Assembly: GCA_963817915.1 (NCBI GenBank)
Contig: CAWFQL010000017.1
Location: forward strand, 51,239-115,238
DNA: 64,000 nt
Direction: 5' to 3'
From: an uncultured candidate division Zixibacteria bacterium
Lineage (GTDB): Bacteria; Zixibacteria; MSB-5A5; UBA10806
A program made the translations under genes and the position numbers. Position 1 is the stretch's first letter; each line of letters opens with the position of its first letter. The notes under the pieces were generated by a model that saw only the letters and a list, made by a program, of their open reading frames with translations, had not been told where the DNA came from and searched no databases. Below are positions 1 to 8,894 of the stretch, in pieces.

Positions 1-685
1 AATCTATCTGGATCAGGTAGTTGTCCCGAAAGACGCAATGGAAATCAAGGTCACCGGCAAGAAATGGATGTGGGTATTCGATTATCCCAACGGCGTAAAC
101 AGCGTCAATGATCTCTATGTCCCGGCCGGTAAGCCCGTGAAGCTCTTGATGTCTTCCACCGATGTCATCCACGGTTTCTATGTCCCCGATTTTAGAATTA
201 AGATGGATGTCCTTCCCAATCGCTACAGCATAGTCTGGTTTAACGCTCCGTCGCCCGGACAGCATCAAATCTTTTGCACGCAATATTGCGGCAAGGGCCA
301 TTCTGAGATGTGGGGAACCGTTCACGTCTTGAGCGAACGTGAATATGCCGAATGGCTCGAGCAATCATCGATGGCCGGAGGCGCAGGTATGAAGCCCGAG
401 GATTTCGGCAAAAATCTCTATCAAACCAAGCGATGTATCACCTGCCATAGTATCGATGGCACTGCCAATGTCGGACCCAGTTTCTTGGGGATTTTCGGAA
501 ATCCTGTCCCACTCGAAGGCGGAAATAAGGTTATTGTCGATGAAAATTATATAAGAGAATCAATCCTCGATCCTCAGGCGAAAATCGCGCTTGGCTATCA
601 GCCTGTAATGCCTACTTATCAGGGAATTCTAAAAGACAAAGACATCGACGGCCTGATTGCATATATTAAATCATTGCATAAATAA
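1..685 (+). CDS. coxB: cytochrome c oxidase subunit II with fused C-terminal cytochrome c domain (caa3-type); 5' end lies outside the window
   Basis: Frame is open from nt 2, upstream of the listed Met at 38. CuA motif CTQYCGKGHSEM. Heme-c motif CITCH in the C-terminal part. Directly precedes subunit I. Confidence 0.9.
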   Translation, partial: IYLDQVVVPKDAMEIKVTGKKWMWVFDYPNGVNSVNDLYVPAGKPVKLLMSSTDVIHGFYVPDFRIKMDVLPNRYSIVWFNAPSPGQHQIFCTQYCGKGHSEMWGTVHVLSEREYAEWLEQSSMAGGAGMKPEDFGKNLYQTKRCITCHSIDGTANVGPSFLGIFGNPVPLEGGNKVIVDENYIRESILDPQAKIALGYQPVMPTYQGILKDKDIDGLIAYIKSLHK

Positions 686-688
686 GAG

Positions 689-2311
689 GTGATGATGGAA
701 ACGCTGCCGGAACGAAATTATCTGAATCAGACCAAAGGATGGAAATCCTGGCTGCTGACTCTGGATCATAAACGAATCGCGATTCTATATATGATTTCAG
801 TATCGGCCTCGTTTATTCTCGGCGGGTTGCTGGCTATGTTGATTCGCCTCGAATTGCTTCACCCGTTCGGTCAGCATATAATGAAGGCTCAAACCTACAA
901 TGAAGTTTTTACGCTTCACGGCGCCGTGATGATCTTCCTCTTTATCATCCCCGGAATTCCAGCGATCCTCGGCAATTTTCTTCTGCCGTTGATGATTGGC
1001 TCAAAGGATGTCGCGTTTCCTCGGCTGAATCTGGCAAGCTGGTATATATATATGGTTGGCGCATTGATGGCCATCTACGCCATGTTTTCAGGATCGGTCG
1101 ATACCGGATGGACATTCTATACGCCCTATAGCACTACCACCGCCGGTGCGGTCATCCCGATGACAGTTGCGGTATTCATACTCGGTTTCTCATCGATCTT
1201 CACCGGTCTGAATTTCATAGTGACTATCCACAAGCTTCGCGCTCCCGGAATGGCCTGGTTCAATTTGCCGTTATTCGTCTGGGGATTATATGCTACTGCC
1301 ATTATCCAAGTCCTTGCGACACCGGTATTGGGGATAACATTGATACTACTGATTCTCGAACGACTGGCATCAATCGGCATATTCGATCCGGCAATGGGGG
1401 GAGACCCGGTGCTATTTCAGCATTTCTTCTGGTTCTATTCGCATCCGGCAGTCTATATCATGATTCTCCCCGGCATGGGTATTATCAGCGAATTGATCCC
1501 GGTATTTTCCCACAAAAAAATATTCGGCTATAAAGCAATCGCCTATTCGAGTTTCGGAATTGCCTTCATCAGCTTTCTTGTCTGGGGACATCACATGTTC
1601 GTGGCCGGACAATCCGAGCTCGCCGATCTGATTTTCTCATTCCTGACATTCATAGTAGCCATACCTTCGGGCATCAAAGTCTTCAACTGGATTTCTACAA
1701 TGTATAAGGGCTCCATCAGCCTCCAGACTCCAATGCTTTATGCCTTCGCCTTTCTATTTCTTTTTTCGATTGGTGGATTGACTGGAATGTTTCTCGGCGC
1801 GCTGGCTACCGATATTCATCTGCACGATACCTACTTCGTCGTGGCACATTTCCATTATGTGATGATGGGTGGGACTGTCATGGCGATGATTGGAGGTATT
1901 CATTACTGGTGGCCCAAAATCTGGGGACGAATGTACAGCGAATACTGGGCGAGGATTTCCTGGGCTCTGGTGTTTGTCGGTTTCAATATTACATTTTTCA
2001 CTCAATTTATTTTGGGTTCAAAGGGAATGCCGCGCCGGTCATATAATTATCTTCAACAATATCACCCGTTGCATGCCTTTTCGTCATTCGGCTCCTGGAT
2101 ACTCGGACTTGGTTTCCTGATAATGTTCATATATCTGATTTATGCGATCTATAAAGGCAAACCGGCGGGCAATAATCCCTGGGGCGGAATGACCCTCGAA
2201 TGGACAACCACATCTCCGCCGCCGACCGAGAATTTCGCTGAAATTCCGACAATCACTCACGGCCCCTATGATTTCGATGCCGCACCAAATCCAAACAAAC
2301 GGGAATCATAA
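689..2311 (+). CDS. coxA: cytochrome c oxidase subunit I
   Basis: 540-aa polytopic protein with heme-copper oxidase subunit I signatures ([33 protein letters not shown]). Starts 3 nt after the coxB stop (GTG 689; ATG alternatives at 692/695). Confidence 0.95.
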   Translation: MMMETLPERNYLNQTKGWKSWLLTLDHKRIAILYMISVSASFILGGLLAMLIRLELLHPFGQHIMKAQTYNEVFTLHGAVMIFLFIIPGIPAILGNFLLPLMIGSKDVAFPRLNLASWYIYMVGALMAIYAMFSGSVDTGWTFYTPYSTTTAGAVIPMTVAVFILGFSSIFTGLNFIVTIHKLRAPGMAWFNLPLFVWGLYATAIIQVLATPVLGITLILLILERLASIGIFDPAMGGDPVLFQHFFWFYSHPAVYIMILPGMGIISELIPVFSHKKIFGYKAIAYSSFGIAFISFLVWGHHMFVAGQSELADLIFSFLTFIVAIPSGIKVFNWISTMYKGSISLQTPMLYAFAFLFLFSIGGLTGMFLGALATDIHLHDTYFVVAHFHYVMMGGTVMAMIGGIHYWWPKIWGRMYSEYWARISWALVFVGFNITFFTQFILGSKGMPRRSYNYLQQYHPLHAFSSFGSWILGLGFLIMFIYLIYAIYKGKPAGNNPWGGMTLEWTTTSPPPTENFAEIPTITHGPYDFDAAPNPNKRES

Positions 2312-2962
2312 TTGACTAACCTTAGCGAAAATCATCCCGATCATCTGGCGCATCATTTCGGCGATATGCCCCAGCAGCGCGATGCCGCCAAGATGGGTAT
2401 GTGGATATTTATCGTAACCGAGATTCTGCTTTTCGGCGGTTTGTTTGTCGCCTATGCGATCTATCGCGCTTGGAATCCCGATATGTTCTACAATGCCCAC
2501 AAACAATTGAATCTCACTTTAGGCACAATTAATACCATAGTCCTGATTACAAGCTCACTGACAATGGCGCTTGCTATTCGATCCATGCAATTGAATCGAA
2601 AAAAACAGACGATTTGGTTTCTGATCACCACTCTATCGTTGGCAGCAGTGTTTTTGGTAATAAAATACTTTGAATACGAACATAAATTCCATCTGGGGCA
2701 GCTGCCAGGCAAATTTTATACATTCACGGGAGTCGCGGGGAATAATCCCCATATCTTCTTCACAATATATTTCGCCATGACCGGCCTGCATGCGATTCAT
2801 ATTATCGGCGGCATGTCGGTTATCGGATGGATTCTTAGGCGGACTATTCGCAATGATTTTTCGGATCAATATTATACGCCGATCGAATTAACCGGTCTGT
2901 ATTGGCATCTTGTCGATCTTATCTGGATTTATCTATTTCCGCTTTTATATCTGGTAGGTTAA
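2312..2962 (+). CDS. coxC: cytochrome c oxidase subunit III
   Basis: 216 aa, multi-TM. HHFGD...AAKMGMWIFIVTEILLFGGLF N-terminus and YWHLVDLIWIYLFPLLY C-terminus are typical of subunit III. TTG start abuts the coxA stop. Confidence 0.85.
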   Translation: MTNLSENHPDHLAHHFGDMPQQRDAAKMGMWIFIVTEILLFGGLFVAYAIYRAWNPDMFYNAHKQLNLTLGTINTIVLITSSLTMALAIRSMQLNRKKQTIWFLITTLSLAAVFLVIKYFEYEHKFHLGQLPGKFYTFTGVAGNNPHIFFTIYFAMTGLHAIHIIGGMSVIGWILRRTIRNDFSDQYYTPIELTGLYWHLVDLIWIYLFPLLYLVG

Positions 2963-2966
2963 TGAT

Positions 2967-3350
2967 ATGGAAAATACTGCAAATAAATCTCAAATTCACA
3001 TAACTCCTCTTAAGACATATATCATTGTCGCCTGCGCCTTATTTGTATTTACAGGAATAACTGTTGGCGTATCGCTGATACCTCTCGGAGGCTGGAATGC
3101 CGTTGTCGCCGTTCTAATTGCGAGTATTAAGGCAACACTCGTCGGCCTTTTCTTTATGCATCTGCTCTATGATAAGAAAATATACCTGGTAATCGTGATG
3201 GTCGCGGTTGTCATATTATTTATATTCCTGACTCTTACCATGTTCGATACGGTGCGCCGCGGCGATCTCTATCAAATCAAATCCGCCCCCATAGAACAAC
3301 AATCGAAAATGTATAATAAATCTGTTCAGGACACGGCCAGGCGCTACTGA
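2967..3350 (+). CDS. caa3-type cytochrome c oxidase subunit IV (prokaryotic COX4 family)
   Basis: 127 aa with three hydrophobic helices and an IKATLVGLFFMHL motif. Sits directly after subunit III. Confidence 0.7.
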   Translation: MENTANKSQIHITPLKTYIIVACALFVFTGITVGVSLIPLGGWNAVVAVLIASIKATLVGLFFMHLLYDKKIYLVIVMVAVVILFIFLTLTMFDTVRRGDLYQIKSAPIEQQSKMYNKSVQDTARRY

Positions 3351-3385
3351 GCAAAAATAATCTTAATCATATATAGGGGATTGTA

Positions 3386-4344
3386 ATGGAGATAAAAAAT
3401 GAATGTATAGTGCGTTTTCGGCGAATCGCGTTGATAACCACTATTTCGACCTATATTCTGATATTCCTTGGTGGTCTCGTCAGAGTCTCAGGGGCCGGAC
3501 TCGGATGTCCTGACTGGCCTAAATGCTTCGGCCGTTGGTTCCCGCCCACCAATGTCAGTCAGCTGCCGCCCGATATGGACCCGACATTATTCAATTTCAC
3601 TTAGCCTGGATCGAATATGTGAATCGGCTTGCGGGCATTATCGTCGGGCTGATGATCTTGTTTGTTGCCATTATCGCGATAGTAAGATTTCGCAAAATAA
3701 AGGCTATCATGTGGCCATCTATCGGGGCCGCTATACTGGTCGCTGTCCAGGGATGGCAGGGCGGTCAACTCGTGTCATCGAAATTAGCTCCTATAATAGT
3801 CTCGCTCCACGCCGGATTGGCATTGATTATAGTCAGCCTTCTGGTCTTTGTTACTCGAAACGCCTACGCCCTTGAAAATCGTGCCAACGAGCAGAAAGAT
3901 TCATTCCCGGCCGGCTTTGGTTTCAAGATATCGATACTCTGGCTGTTCAGCATTGTTCAGATAGTACTTGGCACTAATGTCCGTTCAACTCTCGAAGAGC
4001 TGGCAGCGAAATTCCCATTACTCGATGGCCTCCAGCTTTTGCGGATGGTCGGTGTCGCCGATTATCTGCACATGGTTTTGGGACTATTAATAGTAGGTTA
4101 CGCGGGGCATATCGGACATACTATATTGAAAAACCGCAAATCGCTCTCACGGCATACCGCGCAGGTCGCGTTGGGCTTGGATATTGTTGCCGCCGCGCAA
4201 TTAATAGTGGGTCTCTTGCTGGTCCTTGTCGGCATCCCGGAATTGACTCAGGTGTTCCATCTCTGGCTCGCAAGTTTATTTGTCGGAATATTGCTGATTA
4301 TTTACGCCAAAACCAGACAGACCGAAGGGGGGATCAATGCGTAA
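3386..4344 (+). pseudogene. ctaA: heme A synthase (COX15/CtaA family), reading frame broken once (or a 1-nt assembly indel)
   Basis: ORF 3386..3604 gives the N-terminus ([19 protein letters not shown]). ORF 3523..4344, in the -1 frame, continues with [12 protein letters not shown] and further TM helices carrying conserved His (SLHAGL, DYLHMVLG, VFHLWL). One extra T in the TTT at 3595-3597 would read ...[16 protein letters not shown]... in a single frame. Confidence 0.75.
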
Positions 4345-4942
4345 TAATGGCGGATTCATAAAGCTGATTATTCTCTTTGCCCTGATGGCATTAGTCCTGG
4401 CAGTCGTGGCGGTCTTCGTAATAAGGCAGGCCGACGCTTCCCGTTCAAATATACCTGAATTGGGTAATATAACTCAATTCACGTTCACTGATCAGAACGG
4501 TCAGCCATTCGGATCGGACACAATGAAGGGCAAAATAAATATTGTCGATTTCTTTTTCACCACCTGTCCCAATGTCTGTCCGGTCATGACCCGGCGAATG
4601 GCAGACCTCTATGAAAAATTCGCGGACTCCGATAAAATTCATTTTGTTTCTGTGACCACCGACCCAACCAACGATTCCCTGAAGGCATTGCGCAATTACG
4701 CTTCAGCTTATGGGGCCAATGATGGCCGTTGGTCGTTTATTCGAGGCACGACAGAGGAAACCGCCTCGCTATCGGAGACCTGCTTCAAATTATCAGCAGA
4801 TCAATTGCCGTTAGTGCATAGTGTCATGTTTGTCTTAGTCGATCAAAATGGTGTCATTCGTGGGTACTATGACAGCAACGACGAAGCCAGCCTCGAGCTT
4901 CTGAGCAAACATATTGTGATCTTGGCCAAGAAGCTTTCATGA
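4337..4942 (+). CDS. SCO1/SenC-family copper chaperone for oxidase assembly
   Basis: 201 aa with an N-terminal membrane anchor and thioredoxin-fold motif FFFTTCPNVCP. Overlaps the ctaA stop by 8 nt. Confidence 0.85.
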   Translation: MRNNGGFIKLIILFALMALVLAVVAVFVIRQADASRSNIPELGNITQFTFTDQNGQPFGSDTMKGKINIVDFFFTTCPNVCPVMTRRMADLYEKFADSDKIHFVSVTTDPTNDSLKALRNYASAYGANDGRWSFIRGTTEETASLSETCFKLSADQLPLVHSVMFVLVDQNGVIRGYYDSNDEASLELLSKHIVILAKKLS

Positions 4943-4995
4943 CATTTATTCTAATGCGGTCGGGGGCCGTCAGGCCGGCGACCGAATGAGCCGAA

Positions 4996-5099
4996 GTCGG
5001 GTCAGACGCCCGACATCACTGATAATATTAGCTAAGAGACTAGCCATGCCATCCATGACATGCCCTCAATCAATGCCACGGTCAATTTCGAGTCAGCGG
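4996..5099 (+). repeat. decayed duplicate of the hairpin + upstream region + first ~18 codons of the DUF420 gene (partner 5180..5283)
   Basis: By-eye alignment gives roughly 80% identity. Identical blocks include attagctaagaga and atccatgacatgccctcaatcaa. Confidence 0.75.
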
Positions 5100-5140
5100 C
5101 GACCTGCCCGCGTCGTCAGGCAATCCTGTCCGGACGCATT

Positions 5141-5205
5141 CCCGTGCGGTCAGGTCTCCGCACCCGACCGAAAACCGATGTCGGGTCAGGCGACCCGACA
5201 TCACA
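5141..5205. repeat. 65-nt double-hairpin element, copy 1 (cccgtgcggtcaggtctccgcacccgaccg...gatgtcgggtcaggcgacccgacatcaca)
   Basis: Second copy at 5758..5822 in the same orientation, with about 6 mismatches. Each carries two GC-rich stems (gtgcgg/ccgcac overlapping cggtc/gaccg; gtcgggtc/gacccgac). Confidence 0.8.
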
Positions 5206-5229
5206 GACAAAATTAGCTAAGAGATTTTC

Positions 5230-5643
5230 ATGACAATCCATGACATGCCCTCAATCAACGCCACGCTGAATTTCATCAGCGGTGTCCTGATATTCCTCGG
5301 CCGAATGCAGATCAAGCGCGGCCTCCAGCAACGGCACAAACGATTCATGCTCTCGGCGTTGGCCATCACAGTTTTATTTCTAATCAGCTATACCATCTAT
5401 CACAGCCAGGTCGGCTCGGTGCCATATCCGCGTCACGATTGGACTCGCCCGCTCTATTTCGCGATTCTGATTCCGCACGTAATCTTCGCGGCTCTAAATG
5501 TGCCATTCGCCATCTGGGCGGTCTATTTCGCCTTGAAGGGCAAATTCGACCGGCACAAACGACTGGTTCGCTGGGTCTGGCCGGTATGGATGTTTGTCTC
5601 TATCAGTGGAATCGCAGTCTATATAATGCTCTATCGATTGTAG
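5230..5643 (+). CDS. DUF420 (CtaM-like) membrane protein associated with aa3/caa3 oxidase operons
   Basis: 137 aa with four hydrophobic helices. Family recognised from the sequence (INATLNFISGVLIFLG...HKRFMLSAL...ILIPHVIFAALNVPF). Last gene of the cox cluster. Confidence 0.7.
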   Translation: MTIHDMPSINATLNFISGVLIFLGRMQIKRGLQQRHKRFMLSALAITVLFLISYTIYHSQVGSVPYPRHDWTRPLYFAILIPHVIFAALNVPFAIWAVYFALKGKFDRHKRLVRWVWPVWMFVSISGIAVYIMLYRL

Positions 5644-5659
5644 AATTTTCCTGCGAATC

Positions 5660-5687
5660 GTAGGGCAGGAGTCGATAGACTCCTGCC
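5660..5687. repeat. GTAG-prefixed REP-like hairpin (gtagGGCAGGAGTCgataGACTCCTGCC)
   Basis: Perfect 10-bp stem. The same stem recurs at 33011..33037 and 33052..33078. Confidence 0.8.
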
Positions 5688-5706
5688 ATCATATTCCCCT
5701 TCATCG

Positions 5707-5744
5707 GTCATTGCGAATCCGCCGCAGGCGGATTAGGCAATCTG
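5707..5744. repeat. half-copy of the gtcattgcga...gcaatc hairpin family
   Basis: gtcattgcgaatccgccgcaggcggattaggcaatctg. Related copies at 20109..20207, 23032..23138, 31132..31176, 33194..33238, 62337..62374 and 62459..62497. Confidence 0.75.
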
Positions 5745-5757
5745 AAGGCTGATTTTT

Positions 5758-5822
5758 CCCGTGCGGTCGGGTCTCCGCACCCGACCGATACGCGATGTCG
5801 GGTCGGGGGACCCGACATCACA
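5758..5822. repeat. 65-nt double-hairpin element, copy 2
   Basis: Near-identical to 5141..5205. Lies between the DUF420 stop and the stop of the convergent gene at 5831. Confidence 0.8.
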
Positions 5823-5830
5823 AATAATAT

Positions 5831-7009
5831 CTACCTCAGCAGCGTCACCTTCGAGGTTACTCTATGATTCGTCCCATTTGCAACCACGAAATACAAGCCC
5901 GATGCCGCTTCATTCCCCCGCACATCAGTGCCATCCCACAAAATCTCCGCTGCGGGCGCAAATGATTTCACCTTCTGCCCTGTGATACTGTAAATCGCAA
6001 TATCCTTTAATTCGCTAATATCGCCAGCATAGACAATCCTCGTCTGAGCATTGAATGGATTCGGATAAGCAGAGAGGGAGATACTTGACGGAGTCAAGGG
6101 ATTTTCATTTTCAATGCCGGTTATCAAATCGGACACACAAACGAAATTTGCTGGTTCGCACCACTGCCCATAAGCCTCAAAATGCGTGAAGTACATTTTT
6201 TCTCCATTTAGTGAAAATGATGGAGAAAAGCTTTGGCCGATATGTAAATCGCAGTAGGGGTCGGGGGAAGAAAAATTAATGTTTCCATTCAAATGAATGG
6301 GCGCTTGCCACAATCCATTGACAAAATTACAGACAACCATCGGGGCAGGAACATAGGGAGCCCCACCCTCACTAAAATACAATCTCAAACCATCGGGTGA
6401 AATTTGAGGGATTGGATTTCTATTGTCCGGATCATTTATTATGTCTGGCAAAACGGCTGGCGTTGTGAATTCACCATTAATAACGTCCGATGCCATTATT
6501 ACGCTATTTCGTAAAAAAAATAATTTTGTGCCGTCTCGCGTCATTGATGGTGAGGATTCACTTTCCGATGAATTTATTTCCGGACCTAAATTCCATGGAT
6601 CCGACCATTCACTATTACTTAGATTAGGTCTAGCGGCCCAGATGTCACTTCCGCCATAACCACCATCCATAGCAGATGAAAAATAAATTATCGTATCAAC
6701 TGCATCGTAGAGAAAAAGTGTTCCAACATCCATATTTTGTATGTAGTACGGTAATGGAACTGGACATTGCCATTCATTATCAGTGAATGTCGAGTAATAA
6801 ATGTTGGTTTCGCCCGTAGACTTCACGAACATCAATGAATCATTTGAACCGATGGTCAAGATTGAATATCCATAGAGTGCTTGGTTGTCGCAATTTTCTG
6901 GATTAAAATCAATGCCTGCCGCCGGCCCCCAATCATCCTGCGCCATCGTGATTAATGGAGCATAGACTATCGCAATAACAATCAATGCCGAAATAATCAA
7001 TCTTTTCAT
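5831..7009 (-). CDS. secreted TolB/PD40-like beta-propeller repeat protein with T9SS C-terminal sorting domain
   Basis: Signal peptide MKRLIISALIVIAIVYAPLITMAQ starts at ATG 7009; the listed start 7090 adds 27 non-signal residues. PD40-like repeats (SPDGLRLYFSE, TRDGTKLFFLR, SLNGEKMYFTH). C-terminal YPNPFNAQTRIVY...GLYFVV...KVTLLR tail. Confidence 0.7.
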   Translation of the reverse strand: MKRLIISALIVIAIVYAPLITMAQDDWGPAAGIDFNPENCDNQALYGYSILTIGSNDSLMFVKSTGETNIYYSTFTDNEWQCPVPLPYYIQNMDVGTLFLYDAVDTIIYFSSAMDGGYGGSDIWAARPNLSNSEWSDPWNLGPEINSSESESSPSMTRDGTKLFFLRNSVIMASDVINGEFTTPAVLPDIINDPDNRNPIPQISPDGLRLYFSEGGAPYVPAPMVVCNFVNGLWQAPIHLNGNINFSSPDPYCDLHIGQSFSPSFSLNGEKMYFTHFEAYGQWCEPANFVCVSDLITGIENENPLTPSSISLSAYPNPFNAQTRIVYAGDISELKDIAIYSITGQKVKSFAPAAEILWDGTDVRGNEAASGLYFVVANGTNHRVTSKVTLLR

Positions 7010-7160
7010 GTCAAACCCCCGTCTAAAGAGTCTATTTGATGCATATAATATATGACTATGGATATTATTATCCAAGAAAAAAATGCTCAATTTCGAGAAA
7101 TTCAGTGCGTCGTCAGGAACCCCTTCCTGACGACTAGATGGATAATTTATGGAATTGGCT

Positions 7161-8309
7161 TTATCGTCCCGGAGGATAATCAGGGCAAAATCGAAGCGCG
7201 TCTCCGCCCCTGAAAAAATTCACCATGAATGTAACATCAAGGCCGTTCGCGTGGCAATCGCCGTTGGCATCGGCCGCCACTAAAAACGGTCCATTGCCTA
7301 TATCGCATGTATCCGGCGGTGCGGCCCCGCCTTTGAGATAATTGACAAAATAAGTAACATCGAGGCCGTTGGCGGAACCGTTCCCGTTGACATCCCCCGG
7401 CACATAAGGGCAGGAATAAGTCGGAAATAGCTCGCTCATAATTCGCCCCGTGCTCAATGGCGATGAGAATCCCAAAAGCTCGCCGGTCGTGCGTGTAATA
7501 TCGGTTATCGAGGCCCTTGGCGTATTGACATGAATTCCTTGAGCGATATCCGGCCCGATCGCGAGCATCATTACGTGACGGCATCCAAAACAATTTCCCC
7601 CATGATTGGCAAATCCGCCGTGGGCGTCATCGTGACGGCCATGATCATTGGTAACAAACATCGTTGTCTTACCGGCCATAATCGTATCGGTCTGAATAAC
7701 ATTCCAAATATTATTCACCAATGAATCCGCCTGCCTGATTTTGGCGATATAATCCGCCCAAATTCCCAGATGTCCCGCGTGATCGGTATCCGGCAGATAT
7801 ATATAGCAAACCACCGGATGATCACGTCTCAACACCACAACTGCCGAATCATAATCCGCCTGATTGTTGTCACTCGATGTCGGCGGCTGAACCATCATCG
7901 GCCAGTAATCAGGACCATAGCCGGGATAGAATGACGGCAGCCAGGTGTTGTTGCCATAATCCGGCGTGATATATATTGCTTTATTTGCCGGGATGCCGAA
8001 ATCGTGACGAGCGTACTCCCATGATGTCGGGTAACGGCAGAATTGGACGGGGTTGCCTTGATAGGTCGTATCCTGCAGGACATTGAAACGGCCCATCCAG
8101 GTCGCCGGTATTCCGAATGCGGTAACCGTTACGCTGTCATTGAACGCCGAATCCTGCACCGCCCCCTGATGCGACAATTCCGTCATTCGCGGACAATAGG
8201 TACCTGTAGTATCTCCCAGGCTTTCTGTATAGCGGACACCATCGATCAGGACTACTACAACATGCTGAGTCTGGTAGGCAAAGTTCGATACCGAAAGTGC
8301 GAAAAACAA
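7161..8309 (-). CDS. alkaline-phosphatase-superfamily phosphodiesterase/NPP-like enzyme with two C-terminal dockerin-type repeats
   Basis: Metal-ligand motifs VVVVLIDGVRYTE, PDTDHAGHLG and VTNDHGRHDDAHGGFANHGG. Dockerin-like DVNGNGSANGLDVTYFVNYLKGG and DANGDCHANGLDVTFMVNFFRGG. N-terminus uncertain (possible true ATG at 8328, see finding). Confidence 0.65.
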   Translation of the reverse strand: MFFALSVSNFAYQTQHVVVVLIDGVRYTESLGDTTGTYCPRMTELSHQGAVQDSAFNDSVTVTAFGIPATWMGRFNVLQDTTYQGNPVQFCRYPTSWEYARHDFGIPANKAIYITPDYGNNTWLPSFYPGYGPDYWPMMVQPPTSSDNNQADYDSAVVVLRRDHPVVCYIYLPDTDHAGHLGIWADYIAKIRQADSLVNNIWNVIQTDTIMAGKTTMFVTNDHGRHDDAHGGFANHGGNCFGCRHVMMLAIGPDIAQGIHVNTPRASITDITRTTGELLGFSSPLSTGRIMSELFPTYSCPYVPGDVNGNGSANGLDVTYFVNYLKGGAAPPDTCDIGNGPFLVAADANGDCHANGLDVTFMVNFFRGGDALRFCPDYPPGR

Positions 8310-8894
8310 TCCCTAAGGCCAGGGCCATTCGCCGTAAGAATTTAATCTTAATTAAATTCAAGAAGCCAGCCTTTCGCTTGGTTAAGCCAAAAATCAAGAC
8401 TCTATTAAATATAGTGCTAATTGGGTTATTGACAAGACAATATTTCCTGCGATTCTCAATTTAATCGTCTGAAGCGGGCTCGCCGTGACCATATCTTTCC
8501 TGAATTTGAAAGTCATTTCCTCTGTGAAATGACATCCTCATTTTAGCTAAGCGAAATAACTTGTCTCCGTTTTATCATATATTATTGTAACATTCGCTTC
8601 AACGGCTTGCATTAATGCTTGACAAATCGAATACGATTTTATTTTATTGATTTTAGCTAATGTAAACTATCATTCTTGAAAAGTAGGATGATGCTCAAAA
8701 CGAAATTCAATACTGATTTTCGCCAAACTACTGAAGTGAACAAGAAACATCTTTTATATCGTAGCTTTAAAAAACATAATAATCTAAAAATCAATAGCCC
8801 GGATAGCCGGCCCCAATTCCCAAAATCGCATGAAATCAGGCGGAATTATTATTGACAGGCCATTTGGTTGAATAACCCAAAAAGGAGATCGTTT

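Noticed and set aside
1126-2005. Antisense or alternative-frame ORFs inside clearly coding genes, e.g. 1126..1380, 1412..1612 and 1754..2005. The same holds for those inside the GlmL-like gene, glyQS, eno, rng, bamA and others.
   Set aside because: These are shadow ORFs within genes whose sense-frame products have unmistakable family signatures. None has an independent motif.
3468-3875. 135-aa ORF overlapping ctaA in a third frame.
   Set aside because: The Arg/Ser-rich translation has no TM helices, whereas the overlapping frame gives the expected CtaA helices.
5027-5039. TTAGCTAA-containing box (attagctaagaga at 5027 and 5212; ttttagctaagcg at 8541; ttttagctaatg at 8651) as a shared regulatory motif.
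   Set aside because: Two of the four occurrences are the same duplicated segment, and the other two match only over about 8 nt in AT-rich DNA. There are too few independent instances to call a motif.
4986-5216. 76-aa ORF between SCO1 and the DUF420 gene.
   Set aside because: It is made up of hairpin repeats plus the decayed duplicate of the DUF420 5' end, giving an Arg/Pro/Ser-rich translation typical of GC-rich repeats. There is no start context.
8429-8857. TTGACA hexamers at 8429, 8619 and 8852 as promoters for the AT-rich island; likewise 12645 and 62566 elsewhere.
   Set aside because: None has a convincing -10 hexamer at 16-18 nt spacing. In AT-rich DNA such hexamers occur by chance, and the sigma-factor consensus for this lineage is unknown.
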